From positions 121,708,001-121,772,000 of the forward strand of contig NW_024704742.1 in assembly GCF_018977255.1 (NCBI RefSeq): a DNA stretch of 64,000 nucleotides, in the 5' to 3' direction. The position numbers and the translations under genes were made by a program. The notes beneath the pieces are model-generated. The model was not told the DNA's origin and made no database searches. It saw only the letters and a list, made by a program, of their open reading frames with translations. Origin of the DNA: Callorhinchus milii (lineage: Eukaryota). Numbering within the stretch: position 1 is the first letter of the stretch; the number at the start of each line of letters is the position of its first letter. Shown one piece after another: positions 63,355-64,000 of this stretch.

Positions 63355-63716
63355 TAATAATAATCATAATTCTTGCACATTTGATATAGTGCTTTTCAAG
63401 TCTTCTAGACGTCTCAAAGCGCTTCACAGAATATATTGTAAAGTGAATTGACTGTATATGTGTGGGTGAAACGTGGCAGCCAATTGCGCACAGCAGTGTC
63501 CCACAAACAGTCGTGGATTGAGTGATAAAATTTTTTTTTTAAAGGTTTATTACCACAGGAAAAGCGATTCGTCAATTGACTAACAACTGGATTCCTACTT
63601 ACTGCTAGGTAAACAGAGGCGTGTGGAGTAAGGAAACTTGCCCGAGATTTTGCCCTGCCGGGAATTGAACCAAGGTCTCTCGCTTGCGAATTGAGTGGTC
63701 TAACCACTGAGCTCCA
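63355..63716 (-). mobile_element. tRNA-headed SINE, long form
   Basis: Head to tail with central segment. Confidence 0.9.
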
Positions 63717-64000
63717 AATCATTAATCATTAATATACACTCTAATAGGCAATCATGAACTCAGTAACACCTCCAAGGTCTTCAGCACTACATTGGATTGT
63801 CATCTTAGGCTATATGGGTTCAAAGTTTCCACGTCTTCGACCCACAACCTTCTGACTAAACATTACATGGTTTACGCCGAGTGAATAATACGTTAGCGTA
63901 AAAATACTATGGAGGAGGGAAGGGAACAAAGCTGATATTAAGCAGATATTTAAATGGGTAAAGGTGATTGATAAAGTAGGGAAAGTCTTTGTAAAACCAG

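Overview
AT-rich vertebrate genomic DNA with no intact multi-exon gene recognisable. It is most likely intronic sequence of a large gene, tentatively on the + strand. The repeat content points to a cartilaginous fish, probably a holocephalan such as elephant shark (inference from recalled consensus sequences, no search run). The window is dominated by L2 and CR1 LINE fragments, SacSINE1-like DeuSINEs and a younger tRNA-headed SINE sharing their 3' half. It also holds one Penelope-like insertion with an inverted copy, a 16-bp TSD and a decayed minimal hammerhead motif, a TA-flanked Tc1/mariner-pogo-type non-autonomous element, Gypsy pol relics and two long tetranucleotide microsatellites. All ORFs I could assign are transposon or microsatellite derived. 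The standout non-repeat signal is at 28.68-28.98 kb. There a ~50-bp imperfect inverted repeat, whose transition mismatches are almost all G-U pairs on the + strand, loops out a candidate 59/77-nt exon, and flanking duplicated motifs could give a mutually exclusive alternative fold. This is a candidate RNA structural splicing switch. A candidate alternative first exon (4.97-5.03 kb), an RFX X-box and CTCF-like sites are also visible. Repeat boundaries are approximate (read by eye).
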